Position numbers and translations under genes: made by a program. 42,439 bases of DNA from contig JNEM01013042.1 in NCBI GenBank assembly GCA_000697335.1, positions 1-42,439 on the forward strand, read 5' to 3'. Below, piece by piece: positions 39,215 through 42,439 of the stretch; the first letter of the stretch is position 1, and each line of letters starts with the position of its first letter. The notes beneath the pieces are model-generated. The model worked only from the letters and a program-made list of their open reading frames with translations. It had not been told where the DNA came from and made no database searches. This DNA is from Conidiobolus incongruus B7586 (taxonomy: Eukaryota).

Positions 39215-40759
39215 CTTGTATATTTCTAGTTTTGTTTACATGAATAATTCTGATTATGCTCGCTGGACACGATATAAGTGATATAACAATCTAATATTTA
39301 AGTAAAATTGTTTATAATAATCAACATTTCATTCATTTTCAATTCATTTAATTTATTAATAAATTTCAACTATAACTTAATGTAACATATATTCTCTATT
39401 TCCATTTTTTTTTATTTATTCCCCTAATTTTAATATTTTGTTAATTGCCTACAAATTCAATAAATGTAATTGTTAGTCTCAATAAGAATATAACTAAAAT
39501 TGATCTATAATAATAATTTATATATATATAAACTAAAATTTCAATAAAATCCAGTTATCAAAGTAACCTTAATGGTATAAATTATCAAGTGTTTTTTTAA
39601 AATACCATTTTAATCATACAATTCAATTAATAATTAAGATATAAAATTAATATTTAACTTCTAAAATTTTAAGGTTATTATATGAAATATTCAAGGAAGT
39701 AATAGAATGATTTGTTCTTAATTATTACATAAAAGTCACTTTTAGACCTGATGTATTGTAGTTAGGTCCGAAAATTCACCACCAGCAATTTATAAATATT
39801 AATAAGATAACCTGACTTGATGCGAACTTACGCCCTTGTTTGTGGATAATGATTTAATATTGGATGACTAAACAATTTTGTAATTATTCAAACATAAAAA
39901 TTTACTTTACACTTAATATTAATTAATTTTTAATAAATTAATTAGAATTTTATTAATTACAAAGTAAATAAATATTAAAAAAAGTGTAATTTTATTTTAC
40001 TTAATATTAATTAAATTATTATTTTGAATTAAAATTTCAACATTAATTAAATTATTTTAACTTAAAACTATAATAATAATAATAATAATATTTTAACTAT
40101 TTATTATTAGTATAAAATTCAAATAATCAAGTTTTAAACTTCAGTCACAAATTTATATTAGCTAATTTATATTACATAATTTTATAATTAATATATTTTA
40201 AAAAAATTCTTTTTTGAATATTATTATTATTATTATTATTATTGATTATTTAAATTTTATTAATATTAAACAGTGGTAAAACTATTCATAATATCATTCA
40301 TAATTAATTTCAATAGTTTATAAATTATACCAAAACCGAATTATATAATAAATATATATAAGCTTTCTTAGTAATTATTTTTTTATTTTATCCATTATAT
40401 TTTTGTATAAACTTTTATTAAGATATGTCATGTTAAATATTCAAAATTTATTCAGAAATAGTTATCTATTTCTAATGAATTAACTGGTTATATGTTTCCA
40501 TTGTTTTTATTTTAACAAAAAAAATCAATAATTTTAGTAATATCCAATATTAGTCGAAATTTAAATTACACTTGAATATCCCAACTTAATAATTTTTAAT
40601 CAATTTATTATAAATAATAAACTATTCTGAATTTATTCTTCTTTAGTGATTTATCTATTAATTGATCACGAATTTTAACCCTTCATTGAAAATCATTAAG
40701 TGTATATAAAAAATATAATTATTAAAAATAAAATTAATATCATAATATAATCAATCAAA

Positions 40760-41539
40760 ATGGTCTCTACTACAACTGTCCCAGCTGAAGAAAATGATGT
40801 AACTCCCATCCCTTTACAACATAAATGGTGCTTCTGGCACGATAAGTACGTCCCAAGTGTCGATAATGACAATTACGAATCCAATCTAAATATAATTTGT
40901 ACTGTTAACACTGTTCAAGTAAGTATTAAATCTTTCATTTAATTAAGATTCATATTGAATTATTATCAGGAATTTTGGAGTGCTTATAACCATCTCATCC
41001 CCCCTGATAAGTTAGTCACAAGAAACAGTTTACACTTTATGAAAGAAGGGATAAAACCTATTTGGTAAATTTTGTTTTTAATTTTTATTGGTTTTGTTTT
41101 TGACAATTTAAATTTAGGGAAGACCCTAAGAATGCTAATGGGGGCGCTTGGTCCATTCGCGTAAACAAAGATGACACAAAATCCGTTTGGCCCGAAGTCC
41201 TTATGCTTGCCATCGGTGAGACCTTGTCTGATGCTTTGGCCGAAGGTAATTTGATTTCTTTATGATTAATATAAAAAACCTAATATCAATTTAGGTGATG
41301 AGTTGTGTGGACTAAGTGTTGGAAGTCGATGGAACTCGGATATTATCCAAATTTGGAATATTAATGCTGACTGTGCCCCCCAGTCTAATATTATGGAAGT
41401 AGTTCAAAATGCTTTACCCGATGTAAAATTCCAAGCTTCTTATTATAAAGGTAATATTCCCAAATATGTCATATTTTTTAAAATTAACTAATTACGATAT
41501 TTAGCACATAAGGATCATGCCGATTACTCCAAGAAATAA
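40760..41539 (+). CDS. Translation initiation factor eIF4E family, class III (eIF4E-3)-like; 5 exons: 40760-40918, 40970-41064, 41118-41245, 41295-41450, 41505-41539; 190 aa
   Basis: The spliced product reads IPLQHKWCFWHD...YESNL...TVQEFWSAYN...HFMKEGIKPIWEDPKNANGGAW...VWPEVLMLAIGE...CGLSVGSRWNSDIIQIWN...YYKAH. Four GT-AG introns of 49-54 nt preserve the frame. Confidence 0.93.
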
Positions 41540-42439
41540 TAATATATATTTCCATCATTATACCTGTCCAAAATAATTATTCAATCTTTTTTCAAAATAT
41601 TAAACTTTTTAATATTAACAAAAATTGTGTATTTTAATTAATTCATGCTTAATATCATATTTTTTAGTATTAATTGTTTACAATTTTACTGCTTTTTTAT
41701 ATCCATTATGTTGAATATATTAAATCTTATTGTCATTTTCAATTGGACAGTCTGTCATATATTTTGATTTGAAATACTAATATTTATTCTAGTTTTATCC
41801 AACTTTAAATAATTAGATCAATATAAATTTTTTATTATTATTTTCAAGTCCTTAATAAAATTTAGATTTTAATTTTAGTGTTAATTCCTTTAACAACTTG
41901 TGCATTTATCTTATATATATTCAAATTAATCAATTTAAAATAATATTAATATTCAATTTGCTACATTCTTACTATCTTATATGATATATAAATTATTTTT
42001 ATTTTTTAATATTAATAAAAGTTTGCATTTAATTCATTTAATATATTTTTTTAATAAACTATCAAACCTAATCAAATATCTAATCAACTTTACTAATTTA
42101 ATTAATATAATATCAAACTAATTATTTTTTTTTCAATTTATATCCATTAAATTTACTCCTACTATTATTATATATTTAATTAAATCTGTTATAATTTCAT
42201 CCATAATTTGCAAATATATTTATCATGATTTATAATATCTTTATTATTGTTTATTAAATAAGTCCATATAATTTAAAATTTTCAATAAATAATAATTAAA
42301 ATAAATTATTAACTAATAGAAAATTTGGTTAAATAAATAATGATTATATTTTAAATATTAAATATTCTTAATATTTTATAATATCAAATATGTAATAAAT
42401 TAAAAATATAGTTAAATTATTATATTTCATAATTTCAAT

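Noticed and set aside
1..42439. CRISPR arrays or prokaryotic operons/defence systems
   Set aside because: The sequence is eukaryotic with spliceosomal introns; no repeat-spacer arrays were seen.

Overview
This is eukaryotic, extremely AT-rich genomic DNA. It has short GT-AG spliceosomal introns (47-143 nt; CTAAC branch sites in the PMI introns) and uses the standard code. The gene content and style fit an early-diverging fungus, possibly a Conidiobolus/Entomophthoromycotina-type zoopagomycete (inference only). Intact genes: an intronless class-A-like 7TM receptor (4389-5480), mannose-6-phosphate isomerase (3 exons, minus strand), a second unrelated 7TM protein (29888-30844), tRNA-Gly(GCC), a Set3/Set4-like PHD+SET protein (2 exons) and a 5-exon eIF4E that resembles metazoan class III eIF4E-3. 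The left half holds many dead DD34D mariner transposons: three collinear ~1.3-kb copies with TIRs and TA flanks, one older full-length relative and one 3' fragment. It also holds a decayed paralogue of the 7TM receptor and a small secreted-protein pseudogene. The strongest signal is that the three mariner copies differ almost only by C>T/G>A transitions, mostly at CpA/TpG, with no indels in the aligned block. This is a RIP-like hypermutation signature in what appears to be a non-Dikarya fungus. Other leads are an animal-type DD34D mariner (possible horizontal transfer), a probable solo LTR abutting the tRNA gene (Ty3-like Pol III targeting) and the class III-like eIF4E.
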